DNA from: Amphiscolops sp. MND2022
Lineage: Eukaryota
DNA length: 64,000 nt
NCBI GenBank assembly: GCA_964187785.1
Contig: OZ076409.1
Span: forward strand, 310,001-374,000
Direction of reading: 5' to 3'
The notes under the pieces were generated by a model. That model had not been told where the DNA came from, searched no databases, and saw only the letters and a list, made by a program, of their open reading frames with translations. Positions 34,700 through 50,600 of the stretch are shown one piece after another; within the stretch, counting starts at the first letter, position 1, and every line of letters starts with the position of its first letter. A program made the translations under genes and the position numbers.

Positions 34700-35390
34700 T
34701 CAATTGAGGATAACCAAATCCCTATTTCCTCAACTGTAAAAAATTTCGGTCATCTTACATTTCAGCAAGAAGTAAAAAAACGTTCATCGCAAGATGGCTT
34801 GTGGTATTGAAACTTTGAATGCAATCAAAACCCCATTCAATATAATTACACGTCTTATCATAATGAATGCGCTCGTTCTCAGTCATCTCCATTATTCATC
34901 GATTATACTGAACTCAATCACTCAAAATCTCGTTGCCTCACTTGACCAACAGCTCGATTGGGCAATAAAATTGTGCTTCAACCGACAAAAATTCGACTCA
35001 TCGCGCGATCTCAAAATTCAATATCGTGTTTTACCCATCCGATACTTTCTGGACTTCAAACTCTTGTGTTATTCCTGGAGGCTGTCACAAAATTCACTCT
35101 CTGCATTCAAAATCGTGTAACTCCCTACTCTCACTTTATCTGAAAATACAAGAACTCGTAAATTGGATTGTCAAGACAGACATCGAACTTCCATTCTGGA
35201 AAATTGTCTAATAAAGCGTGGGTGGCAACTTTGGAACCCATACCACGCTGAGCATCCGGACTCAACATCCAAATATAACTATAACACGGTGAAAATAAAA
35301 TTCAAAGTTTTTCTATGAACTGTTCCTTGAAGTCAGAGACACCAAAGTTTATGGAAAACCCAGTTGGAAAGAATTCCGTTTCATTTAAAA
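34700..35390 (+). pseudogene. 5'-truncated CR1/L2-like LINE ORF2 C-terminal fragment
   Basis: ORF 34794-35120 (KMACGIETL..MNALVLSHLHYSS..DWAIKLCFNRQKFDS) resembles the post-RT region of CR1/L2 elements. Confidence 0.65.
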
Positions 35391-36254
35391 TCTGTGAGAG
35401 CAACCTGTAAGGTTATGTAATAGGCTTCGGCCTCGGTTAATAATTTTTTTATTACCCCTATTTTATCCATAATTATTTTTTATCAACCAACACATGTCCT
35501 GTTTTTGTTTTTATGCAGCATTTCATTGAGAATCCACATGTTTTTTTTTCTAACTGCAGAAGCATCACTTAATGGCATCGAGTCAATTCAATATTGGTGC
35601 TCACTTTCTAGAAAATTGGTAAAATTTTGATTGCCTTGCCACGTTCAAATCTTGTTACTTTTTAGGCAAGTCCTTCATCGCTAGCTTCGTGATATGGTTA
35701 TGACTTTCGATAAATTTCCGGAAATTCTCAGTGCCGAAAAAAACCAAAGAGGCATATGAGGTTCGGAAAACGCTTTTTTCCAACTGAAACGTCAATTAAC
35801 CCGCAATGGGGATCCTCTGAAAAACCATTCAGTGTATTTTTCGTGTCCTTTTCTCATAAAGCGCCGATTGAAAGCAAATTTCTATTCGCCAATTAATTTG
35901 AACAAAACCTGTAGTTAAAAGGTGTTAAAAACAGTCACTTTAACTTTTCTTGAAGTTGTAGCTGACAATACAATATCCATGTATATGGATATTTAATATC
36001 CAATGAAACAAGTAAGTGTGATAAATGGTGTCAGTGGTTGACACACCAAGCATTTACGAAGTTAAGTTTTGCTTCTCTCTGATTAACCACTCATTTGAAA
36101 TCTTCCCGATTTTTACTACCACATCAGTTTTACTTTAAGTGAAGCAATGTTAAATGAATCTACCAAGAGCCGCATGTGCGGTGAAGGAGTCGTACAATTT
36201 TGATGAAATTGCATATCTGAAGAGTTCATTTGGCGTAGAAAGATTCCACAAAAG

Positions 36255-36485
36255 TTCTTTCCAAGAATGCCCTTTTTCTGGCTATTTTTGGGCTACTTTT
36301 GACTGTTTCTCAGATCCCAGTGATACGATTTTGATGTCATTGCGCACGCAGGAGTACCTTTGGGTGTAGAATGACTGCAAAATCTTTATAAAAATAGTAC
36401 GGACAGTTTTTGAGAAATTTTCATTGAAAGGTCGGGAGAAAGGTACGATTGCAAAAGTAGTCAAAAAATTTTCGACTCCCAATAC
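36255..36485 (+). repeat. Dispersed repeat family copy, related to 63190-63425
   Basis: Shared blocks cccagt(g/c)atacgattttg, tgtagaatgactgcaaaat, ggacagtttttgagaaattt and cgactcc. Confidence 0.8.
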
Positions 36486-38684
36486 AATTGAGTAGTCTCC
36501 TAGCTATAGTTCGCTTCAAAATTCTACATTGTGTGAAATATAATTTTAAGGGAACTCTTGTGGCAAATGAGAGAAAACGAGGCAATACAATTTCAATTCA
36601 AATGAATCAAATTCCAATTTGAATGAATTAATCGCCAAATATTTAAGTAGGCAGCAAGTAAGAAAATTTGAACAATAGTGACGAATAAGCCTTATGCGAT
36701 CAACAGCGGTTCATTTTGTTGTCAGCGTCCAGTAGTATTTAAAGTGATCATGCTCTGTCGATTTAGATCAAAATTTAGATTGAGTTTTCTCGGTCACCTG
36801 CTTTCAAGACACACATTTGAGGACTAGCAACAGTGCGGTCGTTGATTTCAGATTGAAAAACATGTGAATTATTAATAATCGAATGGCATCTATAGTTTAC
36901 TCAGAAAGGCACAATAAAATGATAGGAAATAGATATCTTCAAATAGAATAAAGCAGATAGTTTTCAAATTTTAAAAGTAGTTTATAGAGATTTTTGTTGG
37001 AAAAATTTGCTGAACAAATGTGTGATATTTTGTATATTATGCTGATGCTCCTCAGAAAAATTACACCTCTCAGTGCCAAACTGGGAAAAATGATGCTGGG
37101 AAAAATGACTCATATGAAGGACGGACATTTATAGTTACATGCGTCATTACAGAAAACAGTGATATTAGTTCAATATGAAAAATCACATGTTCGACAGTGG
37201 TCAATCGAACCCCTTCTCTTCCAGGCTGAGCGTAAAATCAAACGGATATAACGTCGAACCCTCTGATTTGGCTTTTTTCATAGTTGTATCCGTTACATTA
37301 GAGAACGGTAGGTAATTCAATTAGAAATCAGTAACTTTTCAATCTATTTTGGTTTTCAAACTTCATTTCTGAAATTCATCAAAAACTGGGCCTAGGGTAG
37401 GCGTGCGTTGAACCCACAACGTGATACCTGGCAGTCGGCGGAAGTAGCCTAGTGAGCCAAAGTACAAACTACTTGAGTGCTTTTCTTTTATAGTCAAAAG
37501 AGATTTCATTTGTTAGAAAAAGTACAAAAGACCAACCAAAAAGACAAAAGGCAAGTTCGATCCGTCAGATTCTAGCCGACTAGCAAGAGTTGCACCTACG
37601 TGACTGCACCTGGCCGTCTATCTGATTTAGTGAATCTGAACTGACGACCAGAATTTGTTGGGAAGAAGAATCTGATAACACGGAAAGGGGTTGGAAATTG
37701 AAATATGCACTCCAATTTACTCCCCTTCGGCTTGCTTTCCTTGGGATTGCCATTTTCATTTTCAATCACTGCTCCTTGTTGTGAACTAGTCTACTCAAGA
37801 TCTACTCACTTTGTCTTTTTGATGTGAACTAGCTCAGCTAACCGAATACTGTGTTTCTATCAATATTTCATTCTCATGCTGCAGCGGAATAGCTTCGATA
37901 TTGACAATGTATCCGTGTTTCCCGTCAAGTATTTAGAACCTTGTATTTGGAACTGAAATTTGGAAGGAAAAACGAGTTGTACAACAAAAGTTTCTTGAGA
38001 TTTGCAAGAGATTACATTCTATTGGATTTTGTTTGATATCAATACTGATTTTTCATTCAGTGGCTACAAAGCGCAGTGGAATCGACTAAAACTAAAATTA
38101 CAGTTAACAATCATTGAAATACATAAAACCTATTGATTGGCATTATTTATAACCATAAATAACTCGAACAGACAGACCCGTCATGAATTGTTTGATTGGA
38201 AATCAAGGCAAGGGTCATTCTCCGGAGAAAGGTTATAGGTTGGAGTTGCAGAAGTCTTTGATTGGGTGGGGGTATAAGCACCTGAATCATCACATGGCCA
38301 CTGAGGGCGGGGGGGATTTGCGTTCAGCTGGGTAGGCAGGCATCCACATAAATACAGGGGTCAGTTGTTTGGGTCATTTAATAGGTCTTTCTTGGGACAT
38401 ACTGGGCTAGTGCAGCACAGCCAATACAGTAGCAGTAGCATGGGAGTAAGGAGAGGCAAATTAGTACAAATCATCTCCCGGGGGGGGAGAGAGAGAGAGA
38501 GAATAAATAGGATGAGTTGTGTACACAGTCATACAATGTAGAAAGCAGTGCAGCCATACAAGGTGTCACCCATACAATCCTCCCCCCTACCCCTCATTCA
38601 AAGCTTTTCTCGCTGCAGCAGCTGACACCGACCCAGGTCAGGTCAACTGAGGTCAGGTCAGGTGAGGGGGTGTCAGGTGTCAGG

Positions 38685-41600
38685 TCATAAAGGGGACACG
38701 AAGTTGGAGGGGAAGAGGCCGAGGTGGCCCCTCAACTCGCCCTTCCACCAGTCGGGGTCGTCCTTGGACAGGATGTTGATGACGTCACCCACGTTGAACG
38801 TCAGCTCGTCCTCTCGCTCGGCAGTGAACGCGAACTGCGCTCTCACTCTCTCGGCTCCTGCTCCTGTGCAACAGAACATCTTAACCACTGAGTAGGGTCA
38901 GAGAGCGGGCATCATTTTACAACAACTATCAATTCTGAATGCACCTTACACTTTTTGTCACCTTCAATCTCGGCGGCATGCTCTTCAGGAACATTGAAAT
39001 TCACTTATAGAGAGCTAAATAAAGTTCAGAAACAATTTTGCGCAGAAAAAACACAGCTCAAAAAATTCAGAAAATTATGTTGATTCAGCAGCCTTCAATG
39101 GCAGTTTTTCAATTGTAAGAGTTCATGTCTGAGAGTGTTTTTGTCCTACAGTTGTGCAACAAATTGTTCGGCTACAACACAAAAGGCTTCAAAACAAAAA
39201 AGATTAATAAATATGGTTCCAGACTTTTTATATTTTTGAATTATGTCATTCACAGTGTCGTGACTTTGGCATATCTGAAAGATTGGCTATTTTCCTGAAA
39301 ACCTACGGGTAAAATTGGAATTTCCCAATGTTCACACTTCGAGGGATGTGGTTTACCAGGCATAATTGAAAAATTGAATATTGTTAAAGAACAAGATGAA
39401 AACAGTAACTTAATGAAGCAAAATGGCTTTAGCGTTTGGTTAGATTTTGCAATTTGCGAAACGAACATGCCGTCAATTTCAAAACAACAGCAACGTCAAA
39501 ATGGCGGTGGTCGAACTAATTGTTGCACGACTATATTTTGGTGTTACACCAGGAAAGGTGTGCTGGACTAAGATTCTCCTCCTACTGCATGTCATGGCAA
39601 CTGAGTGAGTGCAAGTTACCTGCATGGTCGGCTGTGGCGGCACTGGATGCACCAGCACCACCGGCGGCTGCCTTTCTCTCGGGCGAGGAGTTGGCACTGG
39701 CCAGAGGGGTGAGTCCGGACGAGATGAGTCGCACGTAGTCGCCAGGGAACCAGCCCTTCTTCTTCTCACCCTACACAACACAACACACCAGTGACGTCAT
39801 GAATTGATGCAGTAAACAATGCAGCAGCAGCAGCAGCAGCCAGCCAATCACACAACGAGGAGCTCTCACTCACTCAAACACTGACTGGTGCATTTCATTA
39901 ACTGAGGTCGGGAACCGGTTTATGGGAAACGGGAACCAACTGTATGTAAGGAGAAGTTGTCTGTCAGTCTATAAGAAGAAGATGAAGGATAAAAAGTGTT
40001 AGCGTGGGGGGTCGCTTTTACGATGCCATTTCACGTCTAACGTTTTGGTCTTACGGAGCGGAGCGGCTGTTCAATGCAAGGATAGAACAACCATCCAACC
40101 ACACCACAGGTTTGATGGATTCATCAAAAATGTTAGGAAGTGCTGCTAAAGAGGTGGTTATATACCAAAAGCATTCAACCGTGTTATTTGCAGTTGACTG
40201 GGGTTGAATGAGACTGTTACTGCACCCACCCAATAAACTCTACTCCCTCCGTGGAGGCATCTTGGACAACAACGTTTGGTTTGATATTACGGCCATTAAT
40301 CTCTTCGCCATTTAACCACACCTTGTGTCGTGTCATATGTCACATGACATATTTTCTACATCTGTTGAGGACTATCTGCATGAACAAATCACTTACATTT
40401 TTGGGAGTTCCCTGAAGCAACAACATCTGTTGGTCATACAATGGATAAAACAAAAACTGGCGATACGGTTATCGCAAAAGTACGCCTGATAAAATCTGAG
40501 GCGTTTTCTAGGTTGGGGGGGGGGGGGGGGGTTGTGTGGAGACCAGCATCATCTAAAACGCTTCCTGGAAAAACAAGAGATGAAAATCTAAGTTCTTCCA
40601 AGTTAGAAATCATTAATGATTGCACGACGCCGTTACTTTTTTAACACAAATGCAGTCCACTCATCTGGTGCAGCGGATATTTGAACATGCAAGTTCTAGC
40701 AACTGTACAAAATTTGAAGACATTAACCTCGACAGTGAATTCGTCCTCAATTGCGGAAGGTGCATTTAATACTGACAGAAATTTCAGCAAAAAGGGCATC
40801 GGAATAGTGCAACGGGAATTTCCAAGGGCAAACTGATTTGGCTATAATCGTCATCAAAGTGTTCATCTCGATTCATGGCCAAAGTCTCGAAATGAAAAAC
40901 GCGAGAAATAAAAAAATTTCGTTAGTGTGTTCATTCCACTTTAAATATCGATGTCGTCGAAAGGTACATCCCAATCTGTGAAAAGTAATCGAGAAAAATG
41001 TCTGGCTCGAAATAAAGAATAAACAAGCGCTTTCTGGAGGACTCAGTGAAGCTTGATTGAACATTCCCTTAGAAACTATTCAGGAGAAATACTAACCTTT
41101 GCCGAAAAGACTAGAGGCTACTATCAAAATGATGGGTTTTATGAGTCACTTCTAATTTATTTCATGTATTTTGCGCTATATGGACTTAGTTTACTAAAAA
41201 TGGTGTTCGAAAGTCTGTCATGTTTTTGAACAATTATGCTGCTAATTTTCTTCCCAGAAAAAACCAGCGATTCAATCTTTTATAGTTCTCTCGAATACTT
41301 TGCTAACACTGAGGCAATCGACATAGGTCTAAAATCAACTTTCTTGGACATTTATAGAACACAGCACGAGTCGCGTTGAGATCGTCAGTCAAGAAGGTTT
41401 CAAATTATTGAGTGCTTGAGAGCCTCCCCTCTTCGAGAATTGCGCACATGGACCGCTCGGTCTTATTGACTTGGCGTCTCAGATATCTACATCCTCTTAA
41501 ACACACAATTTAACTCTTCAGAAGTGATAAGCTAATCTTAGTCCTGATGTATCAGGTAGGTTTTCTCAATGAGGTTGAGCACACGTCTAGTGATGATTCT

Positions 41601-44600
41601 CAACGTGGAGGGTCCGGCTGTTCCCGTAGTCGCAAATACACGAGGGCTGAAAGCTGTTTTCATTATATATGATGCGTCGCTCGTACTCTTGAAGCATCGT
41701 GATGTTTGTCTTGCTTGTTGGATTTATCTTGGGCAAGATTTACCAAAGGGGTTGAAGATTTTCATATAATTGCCAAAAAAAGTCGACAGAATCTAAAGTC
41801 AAAGATTTCGGTAGCTTTGATGCCTAACCAGGCCTCATCTTCAAAGCTCGTTGATTCATTATCGAAGGTCGCTCTCGGAAGGCTGAAGTTTCTGTTCGAT
41901 TTCGATATGGTTGCAGTCGTCGCCTAGGAACTTAGCGATTACGTTGCGAGTTTCGTTGTGTCGTAGATGAGTTAATCCCCTTTCGCACAGTGTAGAGCGT
42001 TAGACATGAAACGACAGGTCCACCGCATGCGTGAAATTGGGAGATTGTTTTGGTTCCCATCCATATAAGGTTGGTGGAAAAACGGTCTCCGGATTCCGAT
42101 TCGGTGAAAGAAGCCATAATTCAGTAAGGGAAGCACATTCAGCTAATTAGAAGCACAAAATTTTCAGATGACAGCTCCAGGGGTATACTTCACCTCCAGT
42201 TGTCTTCTATCAGTTGTCCAATTTACACTGTTTTTTTTTTTGAAATCCCACATGATTCGGTACTGAGAATATTCAGCTGGTAGGGGTTCCATTTCGTTCA
42301 GACATCAGCTCAAGGATAATGATCGTGAATATTCAGTCTCTTGCGCGGTCGTCGGGTGAGAAGACGCTGAGGCCGCCGTTTTTTGAAGCTAGTGAAAAAA
42401 GCAAACATTGCTGTTGAGTGTGAGCAGTCTTGCCGGTGAAAGCATGTAACAATTTTTCCGAGGTTGTCTTCTCTGTCTCTAGTAAGAATGGCGCAATATC
42501 AGGTGTTCTGTAAACCTTGTATGAAAGCGTGGTATACGTTTTGTGGAGACTTTAGCGTGATTGGTTAGCTTTTCGACTTGATGCTAGTATTCGGTGGTGA
42601 CCTTCTGGGAATTCACTGCATGCGGCTTCGGACTCTATCGTGGAACAAAGCACTCGGTGTCCGGGAATAATCTGAATATTGTTCGAGTCGAATATGTTAT
42701 TGGCTTTTCCGTGAAAAATTTCTTCGACAATAAAGCATTTTGATAGTTTGTAGCGAAAAACAGGGCCGTTTTTGTAGTTTTTGATGCATCGTGGCGAGTG
42801 ATGTTGGTGGACATTGATCACATATGAGCTTGCTTCAATTGACCGGGGAGAAAATCTTCAAAAGAAAAAAGAAAAAGAGATGATGAGAAATTGCAGAGGT
42901 TCCGCATTTTTCAATATCAATAATTGGGACCAAGAAAAATTGGAAATTGGTTAATTGTTAATGTATGCTAATCTAATTGTAAACTGTGAGCCAATAAAAA
43001 GAAGTGACCAAGCGGAGTCTAGGTCGGTTTACACGCGGTCGTTTGTGTGCAGATTTAGGAATTGGATCAAAAGCGACTGTCTAGGAATCGATATCGAAAC
43101 GTCACCAAAACGAAATGGATTTCTCATTGTTTGTTACAAACTACAGTGACTCAATGCTGAGTGACAAGTAGTGGCGACAGTGACAGTGCACCCATCCCAT
43201 CAAGCAGTAACAAAGTGAGTGAGTGGGGGAGGGGTGGGGTTTAGTTTAGTGTTACCTGTATCTGTCCCTCCCACCAGCCACTGTCCAGCTTCTTCTTCAC
43301 GATGACCACGTCGCCCACCGAGAGACTGAGCTGTTCGGGACTGTCTCCGTGGAACTCGGCCATCACAGAGGCCAGCTCCTTGCCTTGTCCTGCACCACTG
43401 CTGTCCGCGCCGCCCCCCGGCAGAGTCAGCGTTTGGGGGGTAGTCGCGGAGGAGGACGGGCAGGGGGAGGTGCCGCCACTTGTTGCCATTTTTGTTGACT
43501 AAACATAAAACAAGACGGGAACGTCTAAAATCGGCACTCAGGCTTTATGTAAGGCTCAAAAAGCGCAGTTTTCAAAATATGCGTAGGATGTTTTCATGAA
43601 AATCTGTTTTCGGACTTCCGCCTCCTCCTTACAAAACCGCAATATAGTTCAGATGTAACTTCAAAAGTTCGGATATAGCGCTTCCCTCGGATATTACGAG
43701 GGGTTCTCCAATAAACTCGAAGGGGGGACACTTTCAATACAAAAAAAAATCGAAAAATCAAAGCGCCGAAAAAATTGAAAGGGGGAAACCTTTGCGATAA
43801 CTTAGATGCGTTTCCCAGGTATTCGTTTAATTGAACAAACTGAACAAAAATTTCGTCGCTTCGAGTCTGTCTCGAAAAAACGAGTGACTGTAATAGTCGG
43901 GCTTTTATCATACAAAAGCGCCGACTAAAATAGTTACCAAATGAGCATTTCCACATTTTCAGCTCCTTGTCAGCTGTATTTATTTAGGTATTCACTTAGT
44001 ATGAATGACGTGTGAATGACTACTCAACTCACTTGAGGGGTCGGCGGCGGCAGTTGTTCGACGAAGTTGCAGGGGAAGATGCCGAGTGTGTGGGCGGGGT
44101 CAGTGGCGAGGAAGCCGGTCCACCAGTCGCCGTCCTTGCACGTGACCTGCACCTCGTCGCCCACGGCCAGAGTCAAGTCGCCCTCCGCACTGGCCTCGAA
44201 CGGGTACGCAGCCCTCACTCTGCACACTGCAGCACACAACACAACTGAACAACAACTATGAACAACATTATGAAGTCATTTATCTAGCTTAAAAGCCAGA
44301 GCCAGAAAAGACCTCCAGTAGGCTATCACCCGTTCAGTGGAAGCCTTGAAGAGCCTGTCAATGTAATTTGAACAACATGTTTGAAACAACTAAAGCATTT
44401 ACGAGGAACAATTTTTTGAAGTATTTTCAAGAATCGATCAAATTGAAGAAAAAATAGGTATTTCTCAAATCGAGTTCTGGATTCATTACAACTGAGGATA
44501 TCTGTAGAAATTACCTCTGTATTGACAGAGAAATTAAACCGACTCCCATTTTCGAAAAAAATGGAACTCGTGGGCTTTTTTATCCTTTCTTTGGAACCCC

Positions 44601-47600
44601 TTCCACACACCTGATGCCCGACTTTACAGGCCCCAGAGTCCTCAGTGTTGGCCCCTACATGCCAACTCACTCAATACTCTGCTCTTCTTATAAATTACAA
44701 AGGGCCATGATTCAAACAGTAGGAGGGACTGGCCGGCCCTACTTAGAAGACACTTCGAGAATTAGATTGACTCGAATATTCGCAACTGAAAAGAGACTGA
44801 AAATACAAAGATGTATTAGGAAGATTTTTGAAAGACTCAAGCATAAGGTAAGTTTCGAAGCCGCTGCTACATAGCAAACAATCACTCACCAACATTCAAA
44901 ACTTCCCACAGAAATTCTAGCATATCAGAGCAGTGCATGTTTTCTGCCCCAACTGCATATACGGCTTGAGAGGATTGCTGAGAGCATATGAAACCAAGTA
45001 GCCGTTAACCGCATAGTTTTAAGCCCCATCAAAGCTCGAAAAGTTTAAAACATGAAAAATGGAAAGAACGAACAGAGAAAAATAAACAATTCATGGTGAA
45101 ACGTTTTTTACTGTGAAGTTAATTTCGATGAATGATCATTTTCCAAAATGACACCGAATAGGACATAACCATTAACAATATACCTGATATTCTTTAATTC
45201 TTCATAATTAAAGGGATTAGAATGCGGTATCTTTTCAACAAGAAGGAGATACAACTTCAAAAAGAGTAACTGCAATGAATTCCTTTGGTGAAGATTCGGA
45301 TGCCATTCCACTATTGATTTTACGTGTAACGATTTACATTACATTGTTTTCGCGTTTGTCCAAGTGAATTTGGCGATGCAACTGTTCTTGAAAGCCACAA
45401 ACGGTTTAAACGGTTTTGAAATTAAATACTCACCAGAAATTTTCAGCAAAAAATTGCGAAATTATTTATAATTGATTCTTTAATTTAACGAATATCAACA
45501 ATAAATTGATTTTTTTGCTATTAATTGTTTTTATCCAAAAATTTAATTTTTCGGAACCCCTGGTCAACACTGGTGATGCATGCGAGATGTAAGAAAGGTG
45601 ACTCACGTATTTGGGGGGTGGATGAGGAGGGGGGTTGGTTGGAAGAGTTGGCGCCCTGGTCTGTGACGTCACAGGCTGTCACTGCGCTCTGTGGGTGCTG
45701 TGACGTAGACTCCGCTGCGGCTGCTACTGGCCTTAAATAAAACACGGGGGTGTTCGCACGGGTTGAACACAAAATAAAGTAACACAATAACCTGAAGAAC
45801 AGTTTGGACAGTAGCCCGCCAAATCAAGTTTTCTGAATGAGACGAAACGAAAAACAATGGATCAATTAACTGCACTGCTGGGTGTACTTCTGAAAAGTAG
45901 TCCCAAAAATTGTTTGGCGTTTTTGGTAAGTTTAGCTAGCTAGTTATTTATGCAATTGCACAAGTTCCGTTGGAGGTCCATCATACTTGTGTTGTGTGCA
46001 GAGTTGAGTGAGTGGCTGCGATGGTAAGAGGATGGATGGTAAGTAGAAGTAGAAGTGGAAACGCAGCTGCTGCTTTTCTAAGTGCGCCTACAGCAGCAGC
46101 GGGTACGTAGAGATGGTATGGAGCAAACAAACCAAAGACAAGACAAGACAGCAATAACAAAAATACAACTGAAGTAGTACCAACGACAGAGAAGAGAAGA
46201 GAAGAAACGGGGAGATAGAGAGAGAGTATAGCTTTGTTGATAAAACAAACAGAGGCTTCGTCGACTATTAATATTGATTATTGCCTCCTCTCTTATCCTC
46301 TGTTTTTTTTTTGATGACCACACAACGCAGCACAGCAAGACTGAGCTTCACTTTCAGACCAAGATTCGCCGCGCGTTCAATTCAAGAGCTGCCGTTGCTG
46401 CTATTGCTGAATTGGTGAATGGATGGATAGCAATAATAAGGGAATGGAGAAAGAAGATACGGGACGGGAATGGTTAGTTAGTTAGTAAATGTTGGTAGTG
46501 TTGCCGCTTGCTTCCCTTCTCGCACAGAGCAGAGGGCATAGATGGGAAAGTGCAGCCAATCAAATCAGCGCGTCTCTCAAAGTAAAGTGTACTTAACCAG
46601 CAGCACAGCACAGCACAGCACTTGCTCTTGTTTCTGTTTCTCTGCAACCCAATCCATGCAGTCAGAATCTTCTTTGCCCATTGCTTGCTTCGCTTTCACA
46701 GAGCGGCAAGTACGTGTACTCTTTCTCTCTCTTCACCAATCTCTGCTTTTTTGGGCATTTGCACAACAAACCAAGGCTGACACGCGGAGGACGCTAATTT
46801 TCGCTCTTTCTCTTCTTCTTCTAACTACCGTGTAATGAGCAGCCCCTCTGTAGAATGTACAGCATGTACTCTCGCAATGTACAGGGTAGAAGCAGCGGAA
46901 GCCTCAAAGGAATCCCCACACTTGACTTGTAAACGCCTCCCGTGATTTCTAATATGGTTTGTTGGGCACAAGGCACAGAGGTTGTGTGGAGAGCTGAACC
47001 CGGGCAGGAAACAGTCAATCAGATTAAAACATTGCATTGCACGCATCACCCAACTTCACTTCCGCCTCTGCCCAATTATAACTACTCTTTCTCTATCTCT
47101 TTCTGTGTGTGTAACTGAACATGCATGACTAAAAGAACGTGCAAATTTCACGAGTGGTGTCTCAGTGGGGGGCAGCACGTGATGACGGTGGGAGCACAAG
47201 GAAGCCATTAACAAATTGTACCATCTCTCAAAAAGAAGCAGGACATCTGTGCAAGACAACCAATTAGTCCAATCTTCCCCTTCTACTACCCCAATGTACG
47301 TCATAACCAACAACCCCCCCCGCGCGCCGACACTCAAAATGGCTTCCAACAGAAAGTACCAATAACTTGGGGAGAGACAATTGCCACCGACTTTGTTTCC
47401 TTTGAAGCATGTAACATGGCCACAAGAACAGCAACAACAGCGCATTCAGTCAAATTATTCTGCCTTTCACGCCAACAATGGAAACAGAGGAGAAGGCAGC
47501 AGGCTTTCCGCCAATTTCAAATCAAAACATGAGCTTTTCATTGCGAGAGCAGACTCATGGAATGAAAAGGCATCTGAGCTGGACCGATTCAAAACATGAG

Positions 47601-50600
47601 ACTAGTGTGGAATATCAAGTTGAGTAGTAGTGCAAATGTCTTTGACAAAACATCAATCGACCTGTTGCCTCTTTCATGGGGGGGTTCTCTCCGCTTTGTG
47701 TCAGCACCACCACCGGCTAAGGGAAGAACGAACAGCATGTCATGTCCCTCTGTCCGCCCCGTTTAGAGCACTGAGAACTATGTGGAAGTGACGGAATTGC
47801 TTTGCACAGTCAAATTACGTGGGATCGAAAAATGTCCACAACTATTTAGGAACGAACGAGCTGTGACTTGATTACATCTAGGATCGAAAGAAGTGAGAAT
47901 TTCCTTCATATTACACCATTACTGTCGTGCCTTGTAAAATTCGGTCCTAAATGATTCGACCCAGAACACATTCAATGGCAATTTTCGCTTCTGGATAAAA
48001 TTCGACAGTGGAGAGGAGAGGCAACTCGAAGTGAGCTATGTTGGTATTTGCTCTCTACATAGAAGTACATATACCTTCCAGTACTGTTATCGGTAAATGG
48101 ACTTGAACCTTGCATCTTTTTTAGCAACCGTTCAATGCGAAGGGAAGAAGGACCGGCAATACCTGTCATTTCAGTGATGTGTGTGTTCAGTGATTGTTTA
48201 CAAGCTTGATGGCTTATGTTTCACAAGCACAAATTGTGCCCCCGTATTCAATGTGCAGTAGAACATGTATTACATGATTTTGACTTTGATATTAAAGTCC
48301 GTACACGAGGAGAGACATCAACTACAATTTTGATTTTTTAAACTACTTTTTGTTTTACTACCTTTTTCCTCTTTTTTTACAAGTTCACTATCTTGTTTCA
48401 CTGGCGTGCGGCCGGCGTGCGAAAGAGAAGAGTGCTGTTGTTTCACGCGTTGAGTCAGAAGCATATTTCAGGGCAATATTACTCATTTCTGGTTGACCTA
48501 ACTGGTTGACATGTTCAAAAAATAACCACCGAAACGCCGCCCATTGACGAGTTTCTCCTTTTCTAAGACTAAGGTATTCATTCTATTGTGGTAATAATGA
48601 CAATACTGTGTGTGCCAAACTACGTTTTATAAACGGAAAAGTGTTCGCAACTTTTCGTTCTTATAAATACTTCCCGATTCTTTATTCAAATAAAAAGGTG
48701 TTTCTTGTTGAAACGAAGTGCAGATCAACCAAAAAGCAAGATATGAAATAAATGTCAAAAGTTCTTATAGTCAATCATGACTGTGGGCCGTGTTCATGGT
48801 CCTACATCCAAGGCTAAAAAAAACAAAATCAGCTCTACAAAACTTTCCCGATGCAACTGAATAACCATAAACCATATGCACAGGAAAGGCTTTCTCCTTC
48901 AATTTGGAGAGCACCGAAAGTCTTCTGGATCAGAGAATGGAATGAATTGGCGACCACTTGGTGTCACTTTTCAGAGAGAGTACCTGCATCTCATCTAACA
49001 TGTTTGTATCGTATAGAGTAGGTAGGGACTTGTTTTGTTTACTTGTGGTGCTGTAGTCTGCGCGTGTAGTTCTGTGGGAACCAGCCGCCCACCCCGTTGA
49101 GGAAGCCGGCGAGCCACGCCTCCTGCAGGTTCTGTTGGGCAGAGGCGGCGATGACGTCACCCGCCTTGAACGGCAGGTCTCCCTCGTCGGTGCTGCCAAA
49201 GTCGTACAGCGCCTCGAAGTACACCTCCTCACTCTCACTGCCCCCATTGGAGGCACTGGAGGGGGCAGGGACAGTTGCAGCTACAGTGCTGTCTTTACTT
49301 GTCACGTTGAAGGAGGCTGAAAGCAAACCAATGCTACTTTGATCAATTAATGCTACTCACGTAACAACAAAGAGCCGAGCCTTGACATTCGAAAGAAAAT
49401 TTCATTTTCATGCATTCCATGTCTTACGTGGTGAAGGTATCAATGAATCCAAAAATAAAAGTAGTAGCCCCAAAGTATGCGGCGCATTTCTTTCATCACT
49501 ATGTTCTGTTAACACATTACAGTGTCGGACGTTGAGAAGTAGCAAAATGTCAAGCCAAACTGTTGAAGCAATTAGATGAAAGATTTAATGACAATCAAAT
49601 TCACAATTCGCCTTTTAAACTTAGTCATACTTCTGCAGACAATTGCGTGAATAAAGATTGAAAAAAGTTTACAGCTATGCAAGTACCTTTATAATTTTTT
49701 TCCGTTTGAATGACTATATGTTCGTTTGCAGTTTCACTTTATTTTTCAAATATTCAGTTAGAATAGAATATTTCAGTTATTTGATGATGGCTCTTTTATA
49801 CAGTTCTGCAGAACCCCGAGGAAGCTGGTTCACAGGAAATACGATAGAACTAAATGAGAAATGAAACAGAAATGAAACAGAAATTTGTTCAATCAGCCAA
49901 TAGCAATTGAGAACAGAGAAGCTGAACCAAGTAAACAATTAACGACAGTTCAAGCATACAGACAGGTCGGGGAAACAACACTACGCGAAGTTAAATCAAA
50001 GAAAAATTGCCGGCAATCTTGGACAAAGTGCTCCAAACATTGATAAACAAAAAGCCTACCCATTACAGTCCATAACATCTTCAGTTGGCCAGAAACTAGA
50101 ATTGTGAAGTCAAAACAATTAGAGAAACTAATGCTTATGACAATTTATGCGTGGGAACCAGAGAGCGCGAGCGTCAACAGAACTGATTTGACATACGTCG
50201 TCGAAGGCAAGGGCCACCTCAGCGTGTTCAGAGACGGTGGGCTTCAAACCTCATGTAGCGTGGTAGTGACAAAGGGAGGGAGGGGCACGTCGTTTTTTAA
50301 AAGCGGATAACTGTGGAGGAAACAAATTAGGAAACACCGACTTCAAAACTGATAGGCCCACTGATGACGAAATGAAGTTTCCAGAGTTCAAACAAGTAGT
50401 AAAAGAACTTCGCGAGGCATATCTCCAAAGTATGGAGCAATCAAACTAGATGAGCATATAGAATGCCTAATTTGCCGAAATGTTGTCAAAAGAATGGACA
50501 AGCACCTCGAAAGTCATAACCTAGAGAAAAGAGAAATTAAGTACATCATGGATTTTTTTCGGACGAAAGAACCTGGGAGAAAAACAGTATGGCACTGTGA

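Noticed and set aside
45960..47700. Possible missing SH3B exon or nested gene in a low-complexity intron segment
   Set aside because: No SH3 motifs or convincing splice-bounded frame found by eye; the short ORFs look non-coding.
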